Source: Nitrospirota bacterium (GTDB taxonomy: Bacteria > Nitrospirota > Thermodesulfovibrionia > Thermodesulfovibrionales > Dissulfurispiraceae). Taken from it: DNA of 25,916 nucleotides. The position numbers and the translations under genes were made by a program. A model generated the notes under the pieces. It had not been told where the DNA came from. It ran no database searches and saw only the letters and a list, made by a program, of their open reading frames with translations. The stretch is taken from the NCBI GenBank assembly GCA_040754455.1, contig JBFMCP010000039.1:1-25916 (forward strand), read 5' to 3'. Positions within the stretch are counted from its first letter, which is position 1, and every line of letters begins with the position of its first letter. Positions 14,471 through 23,186 of this stretch are shown here, one piece after another.

Positions 14471-16261
14471 TTATCCCAGCCGCTGAACAAACTCCTGGAG
14501 CTGCTTCTTCAACCGTTCCGGCAGACGGTTGCCGAACAGGGCGAGGTGCTTTTCTATATCGGGGATCTCAGCCTTCCAGGCAGCGGTATCGATGCTCATA
14601 AGCTCTTTCACATCTTCAGGCGATACGTTAAGGCCGCTGAGATCGAGATCTCCTTCCTTCGGAATAAGACCAATAGGGGTTTTCTCCGCTCCTACTTTGC
14701 CTTCGACACGCTCGCACATCCACTTCAGCACGCGGCTGTTGTCGCTGAAGCCGGGCCAGAGGAACTTGCCGTCCCCGCTCTTCCTGAACCAGTTGACATA
14801 GAAAATCCTCGGTGCCTGTGTGCCGAGCTTGTCGCCCATATTGAGCCAGTGCTGGAAGTAGTCGCCCATGTTGTAGCCGCAGAAAGGCTTCATCGCAAAG
14901 GGATCTCGTCTGAGGTTGCCTACAGCGCCGATGTTTGCCGATGTTGTCTCAGATGCTGCCGTAGCGCCGAGAAAAACGCCATGGTCCCAGTTATACGCCT
15001 CATGCACCAGCGGCACGACCGTCGCGCGGCGGCCGCCGAAGATGAAGATATCGATGGGAACGCCCTCGGGTCTCTCCCAGTCTTTGCATATTGCCGGACA
15101 TTGGGATGCAGGAGCGGTAAAGCGTGCATTCGGATGAGCGGCATCATGGGTACTCGCCGGGGTCCAGTCATTCCCTTTCCAGTCAATGGCATGCTTCGGC
15201 TCATCGCCGTCCATGCCCTCCCACCAGACATCGCCGTCGTCGGTCAGCGCACAGTTGGTGAAGAGTACATTCTCCTTCAGGGTATTCATTGCCACAGGGT
15301 TGGTGCTGTAGGATGTGCCAGGAGCCACACCGAAGAAGCCGTTCTCGGGGTTAATAGCATAAAGACGTCCCTCAGGCCCTATCTTCAACCAGGCAATATC
15401 GTCGCCGATGCATTCGCATTTCCATCCGGGAATGGAGGGCTGCATCATAGCGAGATTCGTTTTGCCGCAGGCGGAAGGGAATGCGGCCGCAATATGGAAC
15501 TGCTTTCCTTCCGGATTGGTCAGGCGGAGAATCAGCATATGCTCTGCCATCCAGCCTTCGCGCCGGGCCATGGCAGAGGCGATGCGGAGGGCCAGGCATT
15601 TCTTTCCAAGCAGGGCATTGCCGCCGTAACCCGAGCCGTAGGACCAGATCAGGTTTTCTTCAGGGAAATGGCTGATATATTTTTGCTCGATCGGTGCACA
15701 GGGCCACTTGGAATCTTTCTGCCCCGGGGCAAGCGGAGCGCCGACCGAATGGAGGCAGGGAATGAACTCGCCGTCAGTGCCGAGCAGGTCCAGCACCCGT
15801 GAGCTGACGCGGGTCATGATATGCATGTTGATGACAACATAGGGGCTGTCGCTTATTTCGACGCCGATCTTCGAGATGGGTGAGCCGATGGGTCCCATCG
15901 AGAAGGGGATGACATACATCGTGCGGCCTCTCATGCACCCTTTGTAGAGATCGAGCATAGTCTTCTTCAGTTCTTTGGGATCAATCCAGTTGTTCGTAGG
16001 GCCTGCCTCCTCTCTGGAGGTCGTGCTTATATAGGTGCGGTCCTCAACGCGCGCCACATCGCTCGGGTCGGACCTGAAGAGATAACTATTGGGCCGCTTT
16101 TTAAGAGGAATGGCGATGCCGCTCTTGAGCAGCTTATCGATCATCCGGTGGTATTCTTCTTTAGAGCCATTGCAGATATAAATATTATCGGGCCGGCAGA
16201 GTTCCGCCACCTCCTTGACCCACCTGTTGAGTCGTTCATGCTTCACAGTAACATTCATCAT
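14471..16261 (-). CDS. pckG: Phosphoenolpyruvate carboxykinase (GTP)
   Basis: [99 protein letters not shown]; start may be ATG 16258. Confidence 0.97.
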   Translation of the reverse strand: MMNVTVKHERLNRWVKEVAELCRPDNIYICNGSKEEYHRMIDKLLKSGIAIPLKKRPNSYLFRSDPSDVARVEDRTYISTTSREEAGPTNNWIDPKELKKTMLDLYKGCMRGRTMYVIPFSMGPIGSPISKIGVEISDSPYVVINMHIMTRVSSRVLDLLGTDGEFIPCLHSVGAPLAPGQKDSKWPCAPIEQKYISHFPEENLIWSYGSGYGGNALLGKKCLALRIASAMARREGWMAEHMLILRLTNPEGKQFHIAAAFPSACGKTNLAMMQPSIPGWKCECIGDDIAWLKIGPEGRLYAINPENGFFGVAPGTSYSTNPVAMNTLKENVLFTNCALTDDGDVWWEGMDGDEPKHAIDWKGNDWTPASTHDAAHPNARFTAPASQCPAICKDWERPEGVPIDIFIFGGRRATVVPLVHEAYNWDHGVFLGATAASETTSANIGAVGNLRRDPFAMKPFCGYNMGDYFQHWLNMGDKLGTQAPRIFYVNWFRKSGDGKFLWPGFSDNSRVLKWMCERVEGKVGAEKTPIGLIPKEGDLDLSGLNVSPEDVKELMSIDTAAWKAEIPDIEKHLALFGNRLPERLKKQLQEFVQRLG

Positions 16262-16277
16262 CTTTTCTCCTTCTCCC

Positions 16278-17009
16278 CTACAACGTACTGCAGACCGGGC
16301 ACTCCGGGTCCTTGTATGCTTTATACTGTTTGAACTCTACTTTTTTGCCTTCCCATACCAGAATCTTTCCCTTCAGGGTTTGACCTATGCCGGTGAAGTG
16401 CTTTATTACCTCAAGGGCCTGGAGCGACCCTATAACACCCGGTGTTGCGCCGACCACAGGAAAAGTCTCAGAAGGCGGCGGCTCGGGGAACATGCACTTA
16501 AGACATTGCGTCTCCGGAGGCTTGAGGAAACTGAGCCGTCCCTCCATACCCCAGATGCTGCCGTAGACGAGAGGGATTCTCTTTCTGATGGCGCATTCAT
16601 TTAAGAGATACCGCGTCGGAAAGTTGTCCATGCAGTCGACGATCAGATCGGCATCGCCCACAAGCTCATCCACATTTCCCGCAACGATCCTGTCCGTAAA
16701 GGCGATGACTCTCACCTGGGGGTTCAGCTCGTTGAGCGTCTGCTGTGCGGAGATCGCTTTGTTGGTGCCGATCCTACCGTGATTATGCAGGATCTGTCGG
16801 TTGAGGTTCGACCAGTCGGGCGAATCGAAATCGCATATCCGTATGGTACCGATACCGGCTACTGCAAGATAAATAGCGACCGGTGAACCGAGACCACCCG
16901 CGCCTGCGATAAAGATGGTGGAGTTTTTCAGTTTGATCTGGGTCTCTTCTCCCCATTGGTCCATCATTATCTGGCGGGCATACCGCTTCAGCTCTTCTTG
17001 AGACAGCAC
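16278..17009 (-). CDS. HesA/MoeB/ThiF-family adenylyltransferase
   Basis: [36 protein letters not shown] and C-terminal CPVC zinc site; GTG start with a GGAG SD. Confidence 0.92.
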   Translation of the reverse strand: MLSQEELKRYARQIMMDQWGEETQIKLKNSTIFIAGAGGLGSPVAIYLAVAGIGTIRICDFDSPDWSNLNRQILHNHGRIGTNKAISAQQTLNELNPQVRVIAFTDRIVAGNVDELVGDADLIVDCMDNFPTRYLLNECAIRKRIPLVYGSIWGMEGRLSFLKPPETQCLKCMFPEPPPSETFPVVGATPGVIGSLQALEVIKHFTGIGQTLKGKILVWEGKKVEFKQYKAYKDPECPVCSTL

Positions 17010-17017
17010 TTCTCCTC

Positions 17018-18004
17018 CTATGCCAGACCCATGATTTGTCTCACTGTACCCATCGTCTCCTCAGCCACCTGGCGCGCCTTTTCAGCGCCTTTTTTCGCAA
17101 TATCATAAAGCATATCGGGTTTATTGATAAGCTCGGTGCGCTTCTTCCAGAGCGGTTCGAGATAGGTGAAGACATTTTTAATAAGTATTTTCTTGCAATC
17201 GATGCAGCCGATCTCAGCGGTCCGACAGCCGTGGGCAACATACTCAAGCTCCTCGTTGGTAGAGAAGATCTTGTGCAGCTGGTAAACAGGTGAGAGCTCA
17301 GGCTCGCCCTTATCGGTTCTCCTCTTCCTCGCCGGATCGGTCATCATGGTCCGTATCTTCTGGTCGACGGCCTCGGGGGAGTCGCTGAGATAGATCGCGT
17401 TGTCATAGCTCTTCGACATCTTCCTGCCGTCAAGGCCCACCACCTTGGGGAAAGGAGTAAGCAGTCCCTCGGGCTCGGGGAAGACTTCTTTATAGAGATA
17501 GTTGAATCTCCGGGCGATCTCCCGGGATATTTCGAGGTGCGGCAGCTGGTCGACGCCGACGGGGACATACTTAGCTTTGTAGATAATAATATCCGCGGTC
17601 TGCAGTACGGGATATCCCAGAAAACCGTAAGTCGACAAATCTCTGTCCTGGAGCTGCTCCTGCTTTTCTTTATAGGTCGGCACCCGTTCAAGCCAGCCGA
17701 GCGGCGTGATCATCGAGAGGAGCAGGTGGAGCTCCGCGTGCTGGGGCACCATGGACTGAATGAAGATCGTCGATTTATCGGGATCGAGCCCTGCAGCGAC
17801 AAAGTTGATCAGCAGGTCCGTAGTGCTCTCCTTTATTGCGGAGGGATTTGCATAGCCAGTGGTGAGGGCATGCCAGTCCGCCACAAAGTAAAAGCAATCA
17901 TATTTGTCCTGGAGCTCAACCCAGTTCTTGAGGGCCCCGACCAGATTGCCGAGATGCAGTTTGCCGCTCGCCTGCATGCCGCTGAGCACACGCTCTCTAT
18001 TCAT
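17018..18004 (-). CDS. trpS: Tryptophan--tRNA ligase
   Basis: SGMQASGKLHLGN (HIGH-type), ADWHALT, GYPVLQTADI, VPVGVDQLPHLE, KMSKS. Confidence 0.97.
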   Translation of the reverse strand: MNRERVLSGMQASGKLHLGNLVGALKNWVELQDKYDCFYFVADWHALTTGYANPSAIKESTTDLLINFVAAGLDPDKSTIFIQSMVPQHAELHLLLSMITPLGWLERVPTYKEKQEQLQDRDLSTYGFLGYPVLQTADIIIYKAKYVPVGVDQLPHLEISREIARRFNYLYKEVFPEPEGLLTPFPKVVGLDGRKMSKSYDNAIYLSDSPEAVDQKIRTMMTDPARKRRTDKGEPELSPVYQLHKIFSTNEELEYVAHGCRTAEIGCIDCKKILIKNVFTYLEPLWKKRTELINKPDMLYDIAKKGAEKARQVAEETMGTVRQIMGLA

Positions 18005-18018
18005 GTAACCTCCTAAAA

Positions 18019-18112
18019 CTTAACCACAGAGTGCACAGAGAAAAATATTTTAACAAAATAGCCACAGCAAATTATCTCTTTATTATAGCTCAGCTTGTTC
18101 TCTGTGGTTAAG
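18019..18112. repeat. 94-bp element bounded by perfect 13-bp inverted repeats (MITE/REP-like)
   Basis: CTTAACCACAGAG (18019-18031) / CTCTGTGGTTAAG (18100-18112); internal CACAGAG re-iteration and an AT-rich core. Confidence 0.65.
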
Positions 18113-18114
18113 GA

Positions 18115-18783
18115 TCACACCAGACCTATCAGGTTGTAAAACACACTTATCAGAGGCACTATGAGATATCGCGAAACACCCGTGGCAACAAGCACAAGGA
18201 TGATGATCATACCGAAAGGCTCTATTCTGCCGAGCGCCTCAGCCTGCCGGTGCGGCAAAAGCCCCATCATGACCCTGCCGCCGTCAAGAGGAGGGACAGG
18301 GAGCAGATTGAATGCGGCAAGGATAATATTGATGTTAATGCTTGCCGTAAGCATCATTACCAACGGTTTCATAATCCTTCCTGCCATTTCCTCTGATACG
18401 AATACCGATCCGGGGATCACCGCGTACTTCAAAAACACCGCGCATATGAAGGCGATGAGGATATTGGTCAGAGGTCCTCCTGCTGCAGAGAGCGCCATAT
18501 CGCGTTTAGGGTTCTTGAAATTATAAGGGTTGATCGGCACAGGCTTTGCATAACCGAAGACAAATTGTCCATTTGTAAATACAAATAGCATTATAGGCAT
18601 CAGGATCGTCCCGAACAGATCGATGTGGGCAATCGGGTTCAGGGTAAGCCTGCCCATCATTTTTGCGGTGGGGTCTCCCAGCTTGTTGGCGATAAAACCA
18701 TGGGAGATCTCATGCAGAATGATGGCGAGCAGGATCGGCACAGCAGAGATAATAATCTGTCTGATTATGTATACGGATTCCAC
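18115..18783 (-). CDS. Site-2 protease family (M50) intramembrane metalloprotease
   Basis: HEISH (HExxH), GDPTAK..GRLTLNP..HID, AKPVP.NP, AGGPLTN, FNLLPVPPLDG; multiple TM segments; GTG start with a GGAG SD. Confidence 0.93.
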   Translation of the reverse strand: MESVYIIRQIIISAVPILLAIILHEISHGFIANKLGDPTAKMMGRLTLNPIAHIDLFGTILMPIMLFVFTNGQFVFGYAKPVPINPYNFKNPKRDMALSAAGGPLTNILIAFICAVFLKYAVIPGSVFVSEEMAGRIMKPLVMMLTASININIILAAFNLLPVPPLDGGRVMMGLLPHRQAEALGRIEPFGMIIILVLVATGVSRYLIVPLISVFYNLIGLV

Positions 18784-18810
18784 GCTTTATTACTCCAAAG
18801 AAACTGTTGG

Positions 18811-18871
18811 AAGGAGGAAGTGAGCGGTAGGAATGGTGCTACGTTTCACTTCTCAGTCCACACTTCTTACT
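18811..18871. repeat. Degenerate heptamer tandem repeats in inverted arrangement
   Basis: Purine arm AAGGAGG-AAGTGAG-CGGTAGG-AATGGTG and pyrimidine arm TTTCACT-TCTCAGT-CCACACT-TCTTACT. Confidence 0.45.
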
Positions 18872-18992
18872 CTTAGAACGGAAACCAGCGGCAACCGTCG
18901 GAAATCTGTACAGAAAACTATTATGTCACAATGGATTACAAAAGGTAAAGAACGGATGGAACGGGGAGGGATTGCGCATTCTGAGAGGGGAT

Positions 18993-19026
18993 GCCCGTAA
19001 GGCTCTTTTTTTAGAGCCTTACGGGC
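18993..19026. terminator. Strong hairpin overlapping the stop codon of the small orphan gene
   Basis: Perfect 14-bp stem GCCCGTAAGGCTCT / AGAGCCTTACGGGC with a 6-nt loop; no U tract on the coding strand. Confidence 0.55.
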
Positions 19027-19247
19027 GTAAACCCCGAGTCGGTGATTCTGATTTTTGCCTTGCAGAGCTCGCCGGACCCGAGGACAATGCCGGTCCGCTG
19101 CTCGAACTCCTCGCTGTTGAAGGGAGCAAGCCACTCAAAAAGCCTTCCTCCAACAAATCCAAGATGAGGGTCCCAGGTTTCCTGTGTTACCCCTATCTCA
19201 TAGGTGGGCATAAGCCTGTCAGAAGTCTTTCCGATATAAACAACCAT
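19011..19247 (-). CDS. Small hypothetical protein (about 78 aa; 84 aa if started at 19265)
   Basis: Standalone ORF with SD GGAGGAGG 8 nt before ATG 19247, preceded by a sigma54 promoter and followed by a hairpin. Confidence 0.7.
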   Translation of the reverse strand: MVVYIGKTSDRLMPTYEIGVTQETWDPHLGFVGGRLFEWLAPFNSEEFEQRTGIVLGSGELCKAKIRITDSGFTPVRL

Positions 19248-19289
19248 ACAGTATTCCTCCTCCATACCAGAAAAGTTTCCTCCTTTCGT

Positions 19290-19305
19290 TGCAAGCCTTA
19301 TGCCA
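19290..19305 (-). promoter_or_regulatory. sigma54 (-24/-12) promoter
   Basis: Minus strand TGGCATAAGGCTTGCA = TGGCA-N6-TTGCA with exact GG-N10-GC spacing. Confidence 0.8.
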
Positions 19306-19311
19306 CGCTAA

Positions 19312-19324
19312 AATCAAAGGCTTA
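19312..19324. promoter_or_regulatory. IHF binding site upstream of the sigma54 promoter
   Basis: AATCAA-AGGC-TTA is a perfect match to WATCAANNNNTTR. Confidence 0.6.
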
Positions 19325-19366
19325 CGACTTCCTTTGTAGGTGAAGCCAGACAGAGCTGAGAAAATT

Positions 19367-19388
19367 AGTGTATGGGAAACAGGACACT
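19367..19388. promoter_or_regulatory. Candidate upstream activator sequence for a sigma54 enhancer-binding protein
   Basis: Palindrome AGTGT-N12-ACACT about 90-110 nt upstream of the predicted transcription start. Confidence 0.4.
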
Positions 19389-19434
19389 TTAGAAAGGTAC
19401 TATTCACCTAAGAGGATTTTTCAGCAAGGGAGAT

Positions 19435-21549
19435 TTACCGCAACAACCTCGAAGAATTCAGGAAGACGAGGACATCGGGCATGACATGGGCCACCGCTGC
19501 CATTGCAGGGGAAAGGATACCCACCGAGGCAAGGCTTATCCCGACCACGTTGAAGAGGATGCCAAGGGTAAGGTTCTGTTTTATGACCTTGAAGGTATTC
19601 CTTCCGATCCTGACCGCTTCGGGGATCTGCTTCCACTCATCGCGCATGAGCGCCACATGGGATGCCTCAATCGCTGCGCCCGAGCCTACCGCACCCATGG
19701 CAATGCCCACATGCGCCTGGGCAAGGGCAGGGGCATCGTTAATGCCGTCGCCAATCATGAGGACGTATTTCCCTGCCGCGGCGAGCTCTCTTACCCTAGC
19801 AACCTTATCTTCGGGAAGCAGTTGGGCCATGAACTTCTTGATGCCGAGCGTTGATGCGATCACCTGTGCGGTCCTCGGATTGTCGCCGGTGAGCATAATC
19901 GGATCAGCAAAGCCGAGCCCCTTCAGCTCATCTATTGCCTCAATCGTACCCTCACGGATGATATCGGCAACACTGATCGCTCCGCAGATAACATTTTTAT
20001 GGGCCAAAAGCAGAACGGTATTCCCCTCTGCTTCTTTCGTTTCGAGGTAGCCCTCGACTTCAGGGGTGATCATTATATCCTTATCTCTGAGCAGCTCCCG
20101 GCTGCCCAACACTATTCGCTCTCCTTCGATGACTGCCTCAATGCCTTTGCCGGGAATGACCTTGTAGTCATCGGGATCAGGAGCTTCGATGCCCATATCC
20201 ACCGCCTTCTTGAGGATCGCTTTTGCAAGGGGGTGCTCCGAATACCGTTCAGCACCAGCGGCGTAGGCCAGTATCTTCTCGTTGCTGCAGCCGAAGCCCT
20301 TCACTTCGGTGACGATGGGGTCGCCGAGCGTGAGTGTGCCGGTCTTGTCCATTACCAGGGTATCGACCTTTGCGAGAGATTCGAGGTGAAGTCCGCCTTT
20401 GATAATGATCCCCCTTTTGGCCGCCTTGCCCATGCTCGCCACCATCGCCAAAGGTGTCGCTATGGCAACGGTGCAGGGACAGGCGACAACGAGCACCGCT
20501 ATCGAGTAGGTGATATTTCTTGTCGCAATAAATACGAGAACGGCAATGGTGAGAATGGCAGGAGTGAAGTAGGCGGCAAACCGGTCGGCCACTCTCTGCA
20601 CCTTGGCTTTGGAGGACTCAGCCTCCTCGACGAGCTTGATGATGCGCGCGTAGGTCGTATCTTCCCCGGTGTGGGTCACCTTTATGAAGAGGATGCCGAG
20701 CTGATTGATGGTGGCAGCATAGACCTGGTCGCCCTCTCTCTTTTCGACAGGGATCGATTCACCGGTGATCGGCGCCTGATTTACTGACCCCCTGCCCGAG
20801 ATAATGATGCCTTCAACGGGTATCTTTTCTCCTGCCTTGACCACCACCACATCGCCGCGCCTCACCTCTTCTACCGGCACCTCTACTTCATAGTTGCCTC
20901 TCTTTACCCGCGCGGTTTTCGGCGCCAGCTCTATCAATTCTTTGATGGCCTTCCGGGAGCGCTCCATGGTAAAGGAGTCAAGGAGCTCGGCAATGAGCAT
21001 GAAAAAGGCGATGATTCCTGCAGAACGGATCTCTCCGATCGCCGTCGATGCGATAACGCCCAGGGACATGAAGACATCGGCGGTGATCGCCTTTTCCCTG
21101 AGGTCGGCAACGGCATGCCTCACCAGCGGGTAGCCGCCGATGAGCACCGCCAGAATGGAAAAGAGATCAAAAGGAATTTTGAAGAATCTTTCTGATAGCG
21201 CCGTATAACTGAGAAGGAGGAGGAGTAATACCACACCGATTCTGGTAAGCTCAAAACTCCACTCATGGGTCAAGAGGCGCTCGAGAAACGTCTTTTGGCC
21301 CGGAGCCTTTTCTTCCGAAGCGATCTTGAATCCCAATCCGGTAATACTACTGATTATCGATTTCTCATTAATGACCGAGGGATCGAAACGGATGTCGATC
21401 TTTCTCGTGCTCAGATAGATCGTAACGCTCTTTACACCATTGTGACGCATAAGCGCCTTTTCAGCCTTTTCCGCACAACTAGCGCAATCCAATCCGCCGA
21501 CCTGAAGGCTGAGGACCTTTACGTTCCCTTCTGAAGCTGCTCTATTCAT
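19435..21549 (-). CDS. Heavy-metal-translocating P1B-type ATPase (CadA/ZntA-like)
   Basis: HMA domain GLDCASC, ITGES, CPC in TM6, DKTGT, SEHPLA, TGDN, GDGINDAPAL; overlaps the regulator's 3' end. Confidence 0.95.
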   Translation of the reverse strand: MNRAASEGNVKVLSLQVGGLDCASCAEKAEKALMRHNGVKSVTIYLSTRKIDIRFDPSVINEKSIISSITGLGFKIASEEKAPGQKTFLERLLTHEWSFELTRIGVVLLLLLLSYTALSERFFKIPFDLFSILAVLIGGYPLVRHAVADLREKAITADVFMSLGVIASTAIGEIRSAGIIAFFMLIAELLDSFTMERSRKAIKELIELAPKTARVKRGNYEVEVPVEEVRRGDVVVVKAGEKIPVEGIIISGRGSVNQAPITGESIPVEKREGDQVYAATINQLGILFIKVTHTGEDTTYARIIKLVEEAESSKAKVQRVADRFAAYFTPAILTIAVLVFIATRNITYSIAVLVVACPCTVAIATPLAMVASMGKAAKRGIIIKGGLHLESLAKVDTLVMDKTGTLTLGDPIVTEVKGFGCSNEKILAYAAGAERYSEHPLAKAILKKAVDMGIEAPDPDDYKVIPGKGIEAVIEGERIVLGSRELLRDKDIMITPEVEGYLETKEAEGNTVLLLAHKNVICGAISVADIIREGTIEAIDELKGLGFADPIMLTGDNPRTAQVIASTLGIKKFMAQLLPEDKVARVRELAAAGKYVLMIGDGINDAPALAQAHVGIAMGAVGSGAAIEASHVALMRDEWKQIPEAVRIGRNTFKVIKQNLTLGILFNVVGISLASVGILSPAMAAVAHVMPDVLVFLNSSRLLR

Positions 21550-21946
21550 CTTCCTCTATATGCCTCAAACATTCGTTGAATAAGTGATTTATATGTTCAT
21601 CATCAAGAGAATAAAATATCATCTTTCCCTCTTTTCTGTACTTGACCAGCCGCATGTTTCTCAATACCCTCAATTGGTGGGAGACTGCAGAACGAGTAGT
21701 AGTGAGCAGCGTAGCAATATCACAGACGCAGAGCTCTTCGAGGGAGAGGGCATAGATGATTTTTGTCCTCGTCGGATCCCCAAGCACTCTGAAGGTCTCG
21801 GCAATCCTCTGCATGGAGTCCTCAGGCTTCATCCTTTTCTTGACTGAGGCGACCTTTCTCACGTCAACACAGGTAGTCTCGCAAATCTCAGCCGTGCGCC
21901 GTCTGCCCGATCGCTCACGATTTCCGGTCTTTGTTGAAACAGCCAT
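21542..21946 (-). CDS. ArsR/SmtB-family metal-sensing repressor (CadC/ZiaR-like)
   Basis: N-terminal CxxxC (CETTC), ELCVCDI alpha3 site, SAVSHQLRVL HTH, alpha5 site DEHI...HIEE; SD GGAGGAG before ATG 21946. Confidence 0.93.
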   Translation of the reverse strand: MAVSTKTGNRERSGRRRTAEICETTCVDVRKVASVKKRMKPEDSMQRIAETFRVLGDPTRTKIIYALSLEELCVCDIATLLTTTRSAVSHQLRVLRNMRLVKYRKEGKMIFYSLDDEHINHLFNECLRHIEEDE

Positions 21947-21958
21947 ACTCCTCCTTCC

Positions 21959-21990
21959 AACAATTGAATAATTGTTCAATTGTTATTATA
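21959..21990 (-). promoter_or_regulatory. ArsR/SmtB 12-2-12 operator adjacent to a perfect -10 box
   Basis: AACAATTGAATA-AT-TGTTCAATTGTT (21959-21984, one mismatch, TGAA core); TATAAT on the minus strand at 21990-21985; possible -35 TTTACT at 22014-22009. Confidence 0.85.
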
Positions 21991-22133
21991 AATGGACATA
22001 CTCTTTGAAGTAAACCCTTAATGCTGTTTTCCTAGCACCTGCTTAACTCATAATTTTATATATCATTGCGAAGGCAGGGGGGAGGCACTCCAGCTGAAAA
22101 CAAGCCTCACCCTGCATTTTGTATAATACGTTT

Positions 22134-22751
22134 ATGAGAAGATTTGTTCTTGCCATCACCGGTGCAAGCGGCTCCATACTGGGAATAAGGGTGCTTGAGG
22201 AGCTGCTGAAGACTGCCGAAGTGCATCTGGTCATCTCCTCAAATACCTTTCCGATACTAAGAGATGAAACAGGGCTCGATTGGGCGCATAAAGAAGAGGT
22301 GAGAGGCAAGGGGCAAGAGGCAAAAGGAACGGAAGACATAATCAGAAAGCACTTTGGTACTGACCGGCTCTTTTTTCATGAAGACAGACAGATGGAAGCC
22401 CCTGTGGCGAGCGGATCGTTCAAAACAGACGGCATGCTCGTCGTGCCTTGTTCCATGAAGACCCTCTCGGGAATTGCCTGCGGCTACGCCAACAACCTGA
22501 TCGAGCGGGCTGCCGATGTAACGATCAAGGAGGGCCGTCCGCTCCTCATTTCGCCCCGCGAAATGCCCTTCAGCGCCATTCACCTTGAGCATATGCTGAA
22601 GCTGGCGCGCCTGGGAGTCGCCATTGCCCCGCCGGTACCCGCCTTTTACCAGGGGCCCAAGACACTGGAAGATATGGTGAATTTCATTGCCGGTAAAATC
22701 CTCGACCGCTTCGGTGTCGAGCACGACCTGTTCAAAAGATGGGCGAGCTGA
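22134..22751 (+). CDS. ubiX: Flavin prenyltransferase UbiX
   Basis: ITGASGS, APVASGSF, VPCSMKTL, NNLIERAADVTIKEGR.L...PRE.P, PPVPAFY; start at ATG 22134. Confidence 0.95.
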   Translation: MRRFVLAITGASGSILGIRVLEELLKTAEVHLVISSNTFPILRDETGLDWAHKEEVRGKGQEAKGTEDIIRKHFGTDRLFFHEDRQMEAPVASGSFKTDGMLVVPCSMKTLSGIACGYANNLIERAADVTIKEGRPLLISPREMPFSAIHLEHMLKLARLGVAIAPPVPAFYQGPKTLEDMVNFIAGKILDRFGVEHDLFKRWAS

Positions 22752-22803
22752 ATTTTTGACTTATGTCATATTGCTCAGCATTTGCATCTGATACACTATA
22801 ATC

Positions 22804-23064
22804 ATGAAAGAGAGCTGCCCAGGAAGCAAAGAAATAACGAGTCCTTCTCCCGAAGAGCTCATATGCGCTTACTGCACCCATAAAAATGAGATATGGACGG
22901 ACGAACCTGATATGGTCTGCAAAGGGTGCGGCAAGACTATTACGAGGGACATGATTCCCTCATGTATCGAGTGGTGTCCTGCAGCAAGGGAATGCGTCGG
23001 CGCTGAGAAATACGAGAGACTGATAAAGAAGCTGAAAGGGCAATCATCATCTTCACCAGCTTAG
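22804..23064 (+). CDS. Small Cys-rich (8 Cys) zinc-ribbon/metal-binding hypothetical protein
   Basis: CPG...CAYC..KNEIWTDE...CKGCG...SCIEWCPAARECVG pattern. Confidence 0.8.
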   Translation: MKESCPGSKEITSPSPEELICAYCTHKNEIWTDEPDMVCKGCGKTITRDMIPSCIEWCPAARECVGAEKYERLIKKLKGQSSSSPA

Positions 23065-23186
23065 CACTCCCGGAGAGCCTTCGAGACTGGTTTTTTAAAC
23101 TCCGTTCCCGCCCCTCCCTCACACGCATAATGTAAAAACGTGAGGCGCCGCTTGAATCCTCTCTCTCCAATCCAGTATCTTACAGT

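Noticed and set aside
13772..15802. 676-aa plus-strand ORF
   Set aside because: Antisense shadow of pckG and the kinase-like gene, with no recognisable motifs.
18005..18114. T-box riboswitch upstream of trpS
   Set aside because: The gap is only 110 nt and no T-box consensus (GGTGGNACCGCG-like) is seen on the minus strand.
16278..18783. ThiF-family protein and site-2 protease as RiPP tailoring, cleavage or immunity genes
   Set aside because: They lie 5-7 kb away within a housekeeping run with trpS and pckG, and ThiF lacks an RRE extension; nothing in the sequence ties them to the cluster.
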